From Alphaproteobacteria bacterium (lineage in GTDB: Bacteria; Pseudomonadota; Alphaproteobacteria; Rs-D84), in contig JAFVOS010000007.1 in the NCBI GenBank assembly GCA_017505705.1, forward strand, positions 37,967 through 101,966: 64,000 bases of DNA, in the 5' to 3' direction. Both the position numbers and the translations under genes were made by a program. The notes under the pieces were generated by a model. It ran no database searches. It was given only the letters and a program-made list of their open reading frames with translations, and was not told the origin of the DNA. Below, piece by piece: positions 1 through 8,202 of the stretch (its first letter is position 1; each line of letters begins with the position of its first letter).

Positions 1-350
1 ATATGGAGGCTGTAAAGCGCAATTTCCGTCCTGAATTTATAAATCGAATCGATGAAATTGTGTTCTTTAATCCGCTGGGCAAGGATGTAATGGCGGGTAT
101 TGTGAAGATACAATTGCGTGGTCTGGAAAAACGATTGGCAGAACGCAGAATTGGATTAAATATCACCGACAAGGCGATTAAGTGGCTGGGCGATAATGGA
201 TACGATGCGGTTTTCGGTGCACGTCCATTAAAGCGTTTAATAACAACAGCTGTTGAAGACAAAGTGGCAGATTTAATATTGTCTGGTACAATTGGCGAAG
301 GCGGTACTGTCTATGTTGATGTTAAGGGTAAAGAATTAACAGTTGGGTAA
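1..350 (+). CDS. clpB: ClpB/ClpA-type AAA+ chaperone, C-terminal part (5'-truncated by window edge)
   Basis: FRPEFINRIDEIVFFNPL and GYDAVFGARPLKR motifs of the ClpB D2-small domain. Confidence 0.85.
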   Translation, partial: MEAVKRNFRPEFINRIDEIVFFNPLGKDVMAGIVKIQLRGLEKRLAERRIGLNITDKAIKWLGDNGYDAVFGARPLKRLITTAVEDKVADLILSGTIGEGGTVYVDVKGKELTVG

Positions 351-374
351 GAAATTAACCATAATAAATTATCT

Positions 375-432
375 AAAAGCAAATCGGGCATCTTATGTAG
401 CGTCTGTACACTATGATGCCCGATTTGCTTTT
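375..432. repeat. 18-bp perfect inverted repeat (hairpin) downstream of clpB; terminator or MITE-like
   Basis: aaaagcaaatcgggcatc (375-392) / gatgcccgatttgctttt (415-432); ttatctaaa occurs at both 369-377 and 431-439. Confidence 0.7.
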
Positions 433-488
433 ATCTAAATCATTCTATGTAATTTTTTATCCAGCGGCGGGGGCGGAGTTGTTTTTGT

Positions 489-517
489 TTGAATTATACA
501 TTTTTATGATTTATAAT
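489..517 (+). promoter_or_regulatory. sigma70-type promoter
   Basis: TTGAAT (489-494), 17-bp spacer, TATAAT (512-517). Confidence 0.65.
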
Positions 518-522
518 GGGCT

Positions 523-666
523 GGCATTGGGAAACCGGTGTGAGGACTCAAAACCTCTAAGGGAAACTCCAACATTGGTTGGAGGGTTGCGATATATCTA
601 AATAAGCACGCTATTACTCTTAATAGTTTTGAGCCTCCAACCGCCTTGAATTGTGGCGGTTTTTTG
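523..666 (+). promoter_or_regulatory. structured leader / attenuator-like RNA upstream of HTH gene
   Basis: several hairpins, alternative long-range pairings, and a terminator (aaccgcc 639-645 / ggcggtt 655-661 plus T run) before the RBS. Confidence 0.55.
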
Positions 667-691
667 TTTAACAAAAAAGATGGAGGAAAAA

Positions 692-910
692 ATGAGTGTA
701 ATCTTGGTTGATGCCAGATATCTGGGGCATTATTTGAAACGCGCCAGGCGTACATTAAATTTAACGCGTAATGAGTGTGGAAAGGTGCTAAACATATCTC
801 ATTCGGAAATAATGAAACTGGAAAACGGCAAGATTTTAATAAGTGAAAGGTTGTTGGAAAAAATAATGGTAAATGGATTAACGATGATTTTGTGCAAAAG
901 GCGTAAATAA
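692..910 (+). CDS. XRE-family helix-turn-helix protein
   Basis: LGHYLKRARRTLNLTRNECGKVLNISHSEIMKLENGK fits the HTH_3 pattern; RBS GGAGG precedes ATG at 692. Confidence 0.75.
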   Translation: MSVILVDARYLGHYLKRARRTLNLTRNECGKVLNISHSEIMKLENGKILISERLLEKIMVNGLTMILCKRRK

Positions 911-914
911 AAAT

Positions 915-936
915 AACGGGCATTGCCCGTTTTTTT
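915..936. terminator. bidirectional intrinsic terminator
   Basis: aacgggca-t-tgcccgtt hairpin with A/T flanks between convergent genes. Confidence 0.65.
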
Positions 937-2761
937 ATTTCTTTGATTTCTTGGATGATTTTGATTCGGTTTTAAACTGAATATCACGCAGGCGTTTGTA
1001 TTCGCCATTCATTGCGCACAATTCTGCATCTGTGCCCATTTCAACAATTTGACCGTCTTTGATTACGCATATTATGTCTGCGTCCAGGATTGTTGACAGG
1101 CGGTGCGCAATAACAAATGTTGTACGACCAACCATTAATTCTTTTAGGGCACCTTGAATCATTTTTTCGCTTTGTGTGTCCAGCGCAGATGTCGCTTCGT
1201 CCAATAACAATATTGGTGCATCTTTTAATATCGCACGTGCAATGGCGATACGCTGTTTCTGGCCACCAGACAGCAGCCCACCACGTTCACCAACACATGT
1301 GTTGTATCCGTCTGGAAATTCCATGATGAAATCGTGTGCGTTTGCTGCACGTGCCGCCGCCATTACCATTTCGTCTGATGCGGTTTCATTGCCGTATTTT
1401 ATGTTGTCAGAAATTGTCCCGTTGAACAAAAATACGTCTTGGGATACATCGGCAATATTTTTTCTTAATGATTTTAGTGTGTAATTGCGAATGTCACGAC
1501 GGTTTATAGTGATTTTGCCAAATTGTGGTTCATAGAAACGTTCCAGTAAATTAAATAATGTTGTTTTGCCACCACCAGATGGACCAACCAGTGCACATAT
1601 CTTGCCAGATGGAACAGTCAGGTTAATGTTACGCAGTACTGGTTCCCCTGGGGTATATTCAAATGATACATTGTCAAATGCAACAGACATTTTCTTTGAT
1701 TTTAATTCGACTGCGTCCGGCTTGTCTGTAATCTCTGGCTTGCTGTCCAGGAATTCAAATAAAACTTCGGCGGCAAGCAGGCCATGTTGCAACGAATCCC
1801 CTGTGCCGGTAATACTTTTTGCGGGTTTATATGCCGCAGTCAGGGCCAATAAAAATGCAGTGAAATCACCAGTTGTGATTGCGCCACTGGAAATAAAGTG
1901 ACCGCCCATAATCATTGCAATACACAGGCCAATCGAAATCATAAATTCCATTAATGGTGAACGCAGTGAGTTTGCCTGGGTGCTTTTGTATGAGTTTATA
2001 ACCGAATTATTTAATACATGAGCAAAATTTTTTGCTTCTTTGTCTTCGTTGGCAAATGCTTGAATTGTTTTGATGCCATGCAATGTTTGATTAAGTTGTT
2101 GGGATACTTCGTTGGCAATTGCAAAAGACTGACGTGATAATTTGCGGCGTTTGCGCATAATTACAACCATTGGTATCATGATTGCAGGTGTCAAAAACAG
2201 TAATACAACACACATTTGTGGGGCGTAATAGAACATCAATCCCAGCGTCATTGCCAGTGTCGCAACGTTTTGTACCAGTTTGATTACATTGTTTGTCACC
2301 AAGCTTAAAACAGCACCAGATTGGACCGTAAAATAATTCAGATTTTTACCAATGCCATCACCATAGAAACGTGACAGGTTCATGTGTGTCATATGGTTAT
2401 AAATTTTCTTCTGCAAATCAGCATGTGCCAACAATCCCCCCTTGGACATAATCAGGGATTTTGCATACGTAAATGCGCCCTTGGCACCGAATGCAATAAT
2501 AACCTGGCCACCAAGAAAGTATATTGCAGCCATGCTTTTTTCGATAAATGCCTGGTCTACGACCTGTTGGACAAGGGTGATGGTGTATGCTTCGGCGGCA
2601 GCGGCCAGTATGGTAAATACTATACCAGCAATCAGCCATTTTAAATATGGACGACCAATTTCACGCCATACACGACCATACAGTGACCATTTTATGCGAC
2701 CATTATCATGGTCACCATGTATAAAGGATTTGATTTTTTCTATAAATTTTTTCTTTGCCAT
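935..2761 (-). CDS. msbA: ABC transporter ATP-binding/permease, MsbA-like lipid A flippase
   Basis: N-terminal TM domain, Walker A GPSGGGKT, LSGGQKQRIAIAR signature, LLLDEATSALD. Confidence 0.75.
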   Translation of the reverse strand: MAKKKFIEKIKSFIHGDHDNGRIKWSLYGRVWREIGRPYLKWLIAGIVFTILAAAAEAYTITLVQQVVDQAFIEKSMAAIYFLGGQVIIAFGAKGAFTYAKSLIMSKGGLLAHADLQKKIYNHMTHMNLSRFYGDGIGKNLNYFTVQSGAVLSLVTNNVIKLVQNVATLAMTLGLMFYYAPQMCVVLLFLTPAIMIPMVVIMRKRRKLSRQSFAIANEVSQQLNQTLHGIKTIQAFANEDKEAKNFAHVLNNSVINSYKSTQANSLRSPLMEFMISIGLCIAMIMGGHFISSGAITTGDFTAFLLALTAAYKPAKSITGTGDSLQHGLLAAEVLFEFLDSKPEITDKPDAVELKSKKMSVAFDNVSFEYTPGEPVLRNINLTVPSGKICALVGPSGGGKTTLFNLLERFYEPQFGKITINRRDIRNYTLKSLRKNIADVSQDVFLFNGTISDNIKYGNETASDEMVMAAARAANAHDFIMEFPDGYNTCVGERGGLLSGGQKQRIAIARAILKDAPILLLDEATSALDTQSEKMIQGALKELMVGRTTFVIAHRLSTILDADIICVIKDGQIVEMGTDAELCAMNGEYKRLRDIQFKTESKSSKKSKK

Positions 2762-2803
2762 AGTGATTATTATTATATGCTGTGTGCAAAAAACTGTCCA
2801 GTG

Positions 2804-3757
2804 TTATTTAGAGCGCTTTTTTCTGATGTGTTGGGATTTTATAAGGTTGATAATTGCATTATAATCACGATGTTGGTCGACAAAAGAATGCTTGCTGTTC
2901 GGGAATTCAACAAATTTGAACAAGTGTGCGTTTGACTGTAATTGCAGGGCATCATATATTTTTCTTAGTAATTCTATGGGGGATTTACGGTCTTTGCCGC
3001 CACCGACAATAGTTATTGGTATGTTGTATTGAGACATTAAATCTGGACGAATTTCAACATCATCAACATCGTCGTAAAATTTTGGATATATTGTGATGTG
3101 ACGCTTTTTCTTGCTGTGCCATATATCATGCGGACTGATTATTCCAATTGGTGTTTTCTCAAATTCTTGGTCTGTTATATCTGGTGCACAGTTCCGGGAT
3201 TTGTATACTGATTTTATGTAATCGTGCCACTGTGGAATCGTATATGGTGCAAACAAAATCGCAGCGGACAGGCGTGGTTTTTTGTTGGCTTGGACACGTT
3301 TGTTGAATATTTCAATTGCACCAGTTGCGCCAACAGAATGACCAATCATGCATGTCCACTGATCATGACATTGTTGTTCGATTAAGTCGATGCCCATGTC
3401 CATCAGGGTTATAAATTCAGAAAATGTATTTTGGGCGGCTAGTTCATGGGTAATTTCTTCTTTGAAGTCGCCCAGGAAGGTTGTGATTGCGTAAATATTA
3501 AATCGTTTGGTTAATGCCCAATATGTAATAGACTGCATTAATGGTTCAATATCTGCGTTGCTGGCCAGACCAGGGGCCAGGATTATGTTGCCGTTTGCTT
3601 TTTTGCCATCAGGTAAAATTGGACTGTAGTGTGTTATATGGGCAATGGTGGACAGGGCGGTTCGTGAACTGTATTCCAGACGCCATTTAAATGATTTTTC
3701 TTTTAATTCAGGCAGACGAGTTTGAAAATCGTCTGGAATTTGAATACGTGTAGCCAT
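2804..3757 (-). CDS. alpha/beta-hydrolase fold protein
   Basis: GHSVG nucleophile elbow, GGKDRKSP acid, SKHSF His; start set at MATRIQ because the longer ORF overlaps the tRNA. Confidence 0.7.
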   Translation of the reverse strand: MATRIQIPDDFQTRLPELKEKSFKWRLEYSSRTALSTIAHITHYSPILPDGKKANGNIILAPGLASNADIEPLMQSITYWALTKRFNIYAITTFLGDFKEEITHELAAQNTFSEFITLMDMGIDLIEQQCHDQWTCMIGHSVGATGAIEIFNKRVQANKKPRLSAAILFAPYTIPQWHDYIKSVYKSRNCAPDITDQEFEKTPIGIISPHDIWHSKKKRHITIYPKFYDDVDDVEIRPDLMSQYNIPITIVGGGKDRKSPIELLRKIYDALQLQSNAHLFKFVEFPNSKHSFVDQHRDYNAIINLIKSQHIRKKRSK

Positions 3758-3877
3758 AGTAAAGAGAATTATATTGTACAAAAAATATTTGTCAACAATA
3801 AATAGAATTTTTCTGTTGACATTTATTTTTAAAATAGATAAAATCTGTTCGCTTTCAAATTGAAAGTGCAAAGTTTT

Positions 3878-3953
3878 GGGGTCATAGCTCAGTTGGTAGA
3901 GCACCTGCTTTGCAAGCAGGGGGTCGTCAGTTCGAGTCTGATTGGCTCCACCA
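3878..3953 (+). tRNA. tRNA-Ala(TGC)
   Basis: 76-nt cloverleaf, G3-U70 pair, anticodon arm cctgc-tt TGC aa-gcagg, encoded CCA. Confidence 0.97.
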
Positions 3954-4024
3954 AAAAAAAGAAGGGGGATGAGTGTCCCCCTTTTAAGTAAATATATTAA
4001 ATGCGCTAAAGGGGGTGAATACAT

Positions 4025-4231
4025 ATGGTGAAGGTTCTGGTTCGTGATAATAACGTCGAACAGGCTTTGCGTGTCGCAAAACGTAAATCGCAGAAAGAAG
4101 GTCTGTATCGTGAAATGAAAGAACGTCAGCGTTATGAAAAACCAACTACACGACGCAAACGCTTGAAAGAAGAAGCGGTTCGTAATGAAAAGAAGCGTCA
4201 GTCAAAACAGCGTATGGTTTTTGGTTTCTAG
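4025..4231 (+). CDS. rpsU: 30S ribosomal protein S21
   Basis: [13 protein letters not shown]...[16 protein letters not shown]. Confidence 0.95.
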   Translation: MVKVLVRDNNVEQALRVAKRKSQKEGLYREMKERQRYEKPTTRRKRLKEEAVRNEKKRQSKQRMVFGF

Positions 4232-4233
4232 TG

Positions 4234-4263
4234 AAAAAAATCCCACCGTTTGGTGGGATTTTT
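4234..4263. terminator. bidirectional intrinsic terminator
   Basis: aaatcccacc-gttt-ggtgggattt between convergent rpsU and polA. Confidence 0.7.
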
Positions 4264-7033
4264 ATTTCCCCCATGATGGGGCAATTATGTATTCTGCAAC
4301 CAGGGGGACCGACAGGGATGTTATGTTTTCCATTGCTGATTTGATTTGTTTGGCAAAATCAGATGCATATTGTTCATCGCATTCAAATACAATTTCATCA
4401 TGAACCTGCATAATCATTTGTATTTTGTCTGCGTTTGGAATCATAATTTTATTATAAATTTCAACCATTGCGCGTCGCATTAAATCTGCTTCAAATCCCT
4501 GGATTGGTGCATTAATGGCGGCACGCATTGCATAGCTGCGCATGCGGGAATTACGAATCGCTGGTAATTCAATGCGACGGCCCCATGGGGTATAAACATA
4601 TGCATTTTCAGATGCAAACTTTTTAATGTTTTCGATATATTCTTTGATTTCAGGCAGACCGGCCATGTATGTGTTTATTATGTTTTGGGCGTCGCTGCGT
4701 GACGTGCCTAGTTGTGCCGCCAGACCAAACGGTGATATACCATATATGATAGAGAAGTTAACTGTTTTTGCGGCGCGTCTTAATTCTTTTGGAACCGGGG
4801 TATTTGACGGCAGGTTAAATATTTTGCGTGCGGTTTGTTCGTGTATGTCGGCGCCACTGTTAAATGTTTCTTGAAATGTTTGTATGTTGGCGACGTCTGC
4901 CAGCAGGCGCAATTGAATTTGTGAATAGTCAACCGATATCAAGGTGCGACCCGTTGGGGCAATGAAGCATTTTCTTATCTCTTCGCCAAGGGATGTTTTT
5001 ATTGGTATGTTTTGCAGATTAGGATCACGACTGGACAGGCGGCCTGTGTTGGTGCTGGTTTGTAAATATGTGGTGTGAATACGACCGTCTGATGCGATTT
5101 GGTGTGGAAATGCGTCTGCGTATGTGCCAGCTAGCTTTGCGACAGAACGCCAATTTAGTATTTTTTCAATAATCGGGTGCTGGTCTGATAATTCATTCAA
5201 TGTATCCGCATCCGTAGAACGTTTTTTATTCGCTGGCAACCCCAATTCGTCAAACAGGACGGTGCCCATTTGTTTCGGACTGGCGATATTAAATTCGTGA
5301 CCGGCGGCGTCCCAAATTTCTTGCTGTAATTGGGTTAACTGTTCGTGAAAAACAACCGACAGTTGTTTTAAGCGTTGGCGATCCGCCATGACACCGGTGC
5401 GTTCCATTTTTAACAGTATTGGCATCAGTGGCAAGTCGCATGTTTCATACAGGTGGCGTAACTTGTCATCTTTGTTCAACAGTGGGCGCATGATTTTATA
5501 CAGTGCCATGCATATCACAGCATCTTCGGCGGCATATGGTGTTGCGACTTCGACTGGCAGTGTGTCAAAGTGCATGTCTGCATCGCGTGTTTTTGGTGCA
5601 AATAATGATGTAAATTTTATGTTGTCGTGTTCCAGATATTTTGACGCCAACTCGTCCAAACCATGCCCATGTAAAGAGCCATATAATGCATACGACAGCA
5701 GCATGGTGTCGTCAAATGGGCGAATTTTTGTGGTGTCCCAGCCTTCGTTTTCCATAATATGAAAATCATATTTCAAGTTGTGACCGATTTTGATTATGTT
5801 TGGGTTGGTAAATATTGGCCACAGCTTTTTATATACTGTATCAATCGGCATTTGGTTTGGGGCAGGGGTGCATTCGCCAAACAAATCATTTGATTGGGTG
5901 CGGTGACGAACAGGAATATAGGCGCCATGTTGATCATTGTATGCAATGCAAATACCAACAATTTTATCTGTGTTTGTGTTCAGACCTGTGGTTTCTGTGT
6001 CGATGGCGACGATATCGGTTATGTGTGATAAAAATTTGTCTAGCGCATCAGGGGTTGTAATTGTTTCGTATGTTATGGTGCGTTTTCTTTGTGGTGATTG
6101 TTCGGATGTGGTTGGCATGTCACATTCAGAGCCAGGGTATGAAAAAATATCTGGTTGGCTGGTTGTTGTTTTTTTTGCGGCTGGAAATAATTTTTCGATT
6201 TTGGTTGCCAAAGAATTGCTTTCCAGTTTGGTTTTTACAAAATCCAAGGCACCAATCGTATTAAACACAAATGGGGTAATGTTCAGCCCCGGCAATTCAA
6301 CGTCTGTTTTTAATGTGACCAGTTGGCGTGAAATGTATGCCTTTTCTCGATTTTCGTGCAGCAGATTGCGGGTGCGTTCGTTCTTGACACTGGCCAGGTT
6401 TGAATACAGGTTGTCCAGATTGCCAAATTCATTTATTAGTTCAGATGCTTTCTTGGGGCCAATCCCTGGGACACCAGGTACATTATCAGTGGAATCGCCC
6501 ATTAATGATTGCACATCGATAACCTGGTCTGGACGAACACCAAATTTTTCTAAAACGCCAGGTGCATGAATTTCAATGTTTTTCATGCCGTCATATAAAA
6601 ATGTACAGTCTGATACCAGTTGCATTAAATCTTTGTCGCTGGTGATGATGCGTGTGATTTGTCCAGTGGCACAATTTTTGTTCGCCAGTGTTGCGATGAC
6701 GTCATCCGCTTCGACGCCGGGAATGCATAACACAGGCATGCCCAGTGATGCCAAACCTTCACGTATCAATATGGACTGGGATATTAAATCGGCTGGTGTT
6801 TCAGGGCGATTTGCTTTGTACGGGGGGTAAATATCCTGACGAAATGTGATGCGTGATGCGTCAAATATGCATACGAATTTGTCGTCTGGGCTCGCAGATG
6901 ACAATATTGGTAATATCATATTTAGGAACCCATAAACGGCACCTGTTGGTGTGCCGTCGCTGCGTGTTAAGCGACTGTGCACACCGTAATATGCACGAAA
7001 CAATAAAGAGTTCCCATCAATCAGTGTCAGCAT
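4262..7033 (-). CDS. polA: DNA polymerase I
   Basis: 5'-3' exo (LIDGNSLLFRAYY), 3'-5' exo (DTETT), polymerase motifs (DYSQIQLR, RAAKTVNFSIIYG, QVHDE). Confidence 0.97.
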   Translation of the reverse strand: MLTLIDGNSLLFRAYYGVHSRLTRSDGTPTGAVYGFLNMILPILSSASPDDKFVCIFDASRITFRQDIYPPYKANRPETPADLISQSILIREGLASLGMPVLCIPGVEADDVIATLANKNCATGQITRIITSDKDLMQLVSDCTFLYDGMKNIEIHAPGVLEKFGVRPDQVIDVQSLMGDSTDNVPGVPGIGPKKASELINEFGNLDNLYSNLASVKNERTRNLLHENREKAYISRQLVTLKTDVELPGLNITPFVFNTIGALDFVKTKLESNSLATKIEKLFPAAKKTTTSQPDIFSYPGSECDMPTTSEQSPQRKRTITYETITTPDALDKFLSHITDIVAIDTETTGLNTNTDKIVGICIAYNDQHGAYIPVRHRTQSNDLFGECTPAPNQMPIDTVYKKLWPIFTNPNIIKIGHNLKYDFHIMENEGWDTTKIRPFDDTMLLSYALYGSLHGHGLDELASKYLEHDNIKFTSLFAPKTRDADMHFDTLPVEVATPYAAEDAVICMALYKIMRPLLNKDDKLRHLYETCDLPLMPILLKMERTGVMADRQRLKQLSVVFHEQLTQLQQEIWDAAGHEFNIASPKQMGTVLFDELGLPANKKRSTDADTLNELSDQHPIIEKILNWRSVAKLAGTYADAFPHQIASDGRIHTTYLQTSTNTGRLSSRDPNLQNIPIKTSLGEEIRKCFIAPTGRTLISVDYSQIQLRLLADVANIQTFQETFNSGADIHEQTARKIFNLPSNTPVPKELRRAAKTVNFSIIYGISPFGLAAQLGTSRSDAQNIINTYMAGLPEIKEYIENIKKFASENAYVYTPWGRRIELPAIRNSRMRSYAMRAAINAPIQGFEADLMRRAMVEIYNKIMIPNADKIQMIMQVHDEIVFECDEQYASDFAKQIKSAMENITSLSVPLVAEYIIAPSWGK

Positions 7034-7056
7034 ATTTTACCCCACAGGCGTTGTTT

Positions 7057-7608
7057 TTAGAATATATAACGCAATTTTAAACGTGCGTCATAGTGCATGA
7101 TATCTACCATTTCGTTGGCAATTTCATATGCATTGTTGGCGTATAAGATGCGACCTTCTATGTCGAATTTAATTGGGGCAACCGGTAAATCCAGTGTTAA
7201 GCCCACCATGCCTTGGTATGTGACAGAATTGTCCATGTCGATGTCATTGCCATGCTTGGGGGTGTATTTTGATTCAAATGTTGTTCCCAGACCCGCACCA
7301 AAATAGGGCTTTAATACAGGGGTGGGAATTTTAAAGTATGCATTTATCATTGCCAGATTGATGCTGGTATCATGGCCGTCCAGATAACTATATTCGCCTT
7401 CGATGCGGAACATTGGGATATCAATCCCAAATACTGCACCATAACTTTGTGCACTGTGATCATAGAAATGGCCGTCTGTTATCTTGGTTGTTGCGCCAAT
7501 GCCAGCAGTTGCCCCAGCATAAATATCAAACAATAAATTTGCATTTGCGTTGCCTGCAGATAACATAATTGCAGCAGTGGTAAAAAAAGCGATGGAATTT
7601 AATTTCAT
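7057..7608 (-). CDS. small outer-membrane beta-barrel protein (OmpA-like/opacity family)
   Basis: signal peptide, PYFGAGLG strand, terminal YIF. Confidence 0.75.
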   Translation of the reverse strand: MKLNSIAFFTTAAIMLSAGNANANLLFDIYAGATAGIGATTKITDGHFYDHSAQSYGAVFGIDIPMFRIEGEYSYLDGHDTSINLAMINAYFKIPTPVLKPYFGAGLGTTFESKYTPKHGNDIDMDNSVTYQGMVGLTLDLPVAPIKFDIEGRILYANNAYEIANEMVDIMHYDARLKLRYIF

Positions 7609-7655
7609 TTTTTGCTCCTTTGTATGATATCATAATAAAAAAAAGAGTACTGAAT

Positions 7656-8177
7656 ATGCAAGAAAATAAACCGTTGTTGGTGGTTGGACTGGGGAATCCG
7701 GGGACAGAATATAATAATACACGTCATAATGTTGGATTTATGGCTGTTGATGCGTTTGTTGATAATGGTGTATGGAAAAAGGAAAAAAATGCACTGACGT
7801 CTGTTGTGGATATTGATGGGCGACGTGTTATATTTGTAAAGCCACAAACATACATGAATAACAGTGGTGTAGCGGTTTTGGCACTGATGACATTTTATAA
7901 AATTCCATTGGAAAACCTGGTTGTGATTCATGATGACATGGATTTAGCCGTTGGTACACTGAAAGAAAAAGTCGGTGGTGGCAGTGCAGGGCACAATGGT
8001 ATCAAATCAATTGATGCAAATGTCGGACGGGATTACAGACGTATAAGGATAGGAATCGGACACCCACGTGATTTTAATTTGCCAATGGATCCAGCTGATT
8101 GGGTGCTGGGAAGATTTATGCCCAATCAAATCACTGAAGTAAACAAGGTGATTAAGGATATCAAATTGTTTAAATAA
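7656..8177 (+). CDS. pth: peptidyl-tRNA hydrolase
   Basis: LVVGLGNPG..Y..TRHNVGF, KPQTYMNNSG, GHNGIKS. Confidence 0.95.
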   Translation: MQENKPLLVVGLGNPGTEYNNTRHNVGFMAVDAFVDNGVWKKEKNALTSVVDIDGRRVIFVKPQTYMNNSGVAVLALMTFYKIPLENLVVIHDDMDLAVGTLKEKVGGGSAGHNGIKSIDANVGRDYRRIRIGIGHPRDFNLPMDPADWVLGRFMPNQITEVNKVIKDIKLFK

Positions 8178-8202
8178 AAAAATCCTGTGTTAACAGGATT
8201 TT

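Noticed and set aside
413-923. ORFs 413-601 (+) and 504-923 (-)
   Set aside because: No RBS or family features; they overlap the promoter/leader and the HTH gene.
3758-4024. N-terminal extension of the hydrolase ORF (406 aa)
   Set aside because: It is the antisense of tRNA-Ala and its promoter; the plausible start is ATG 3757.
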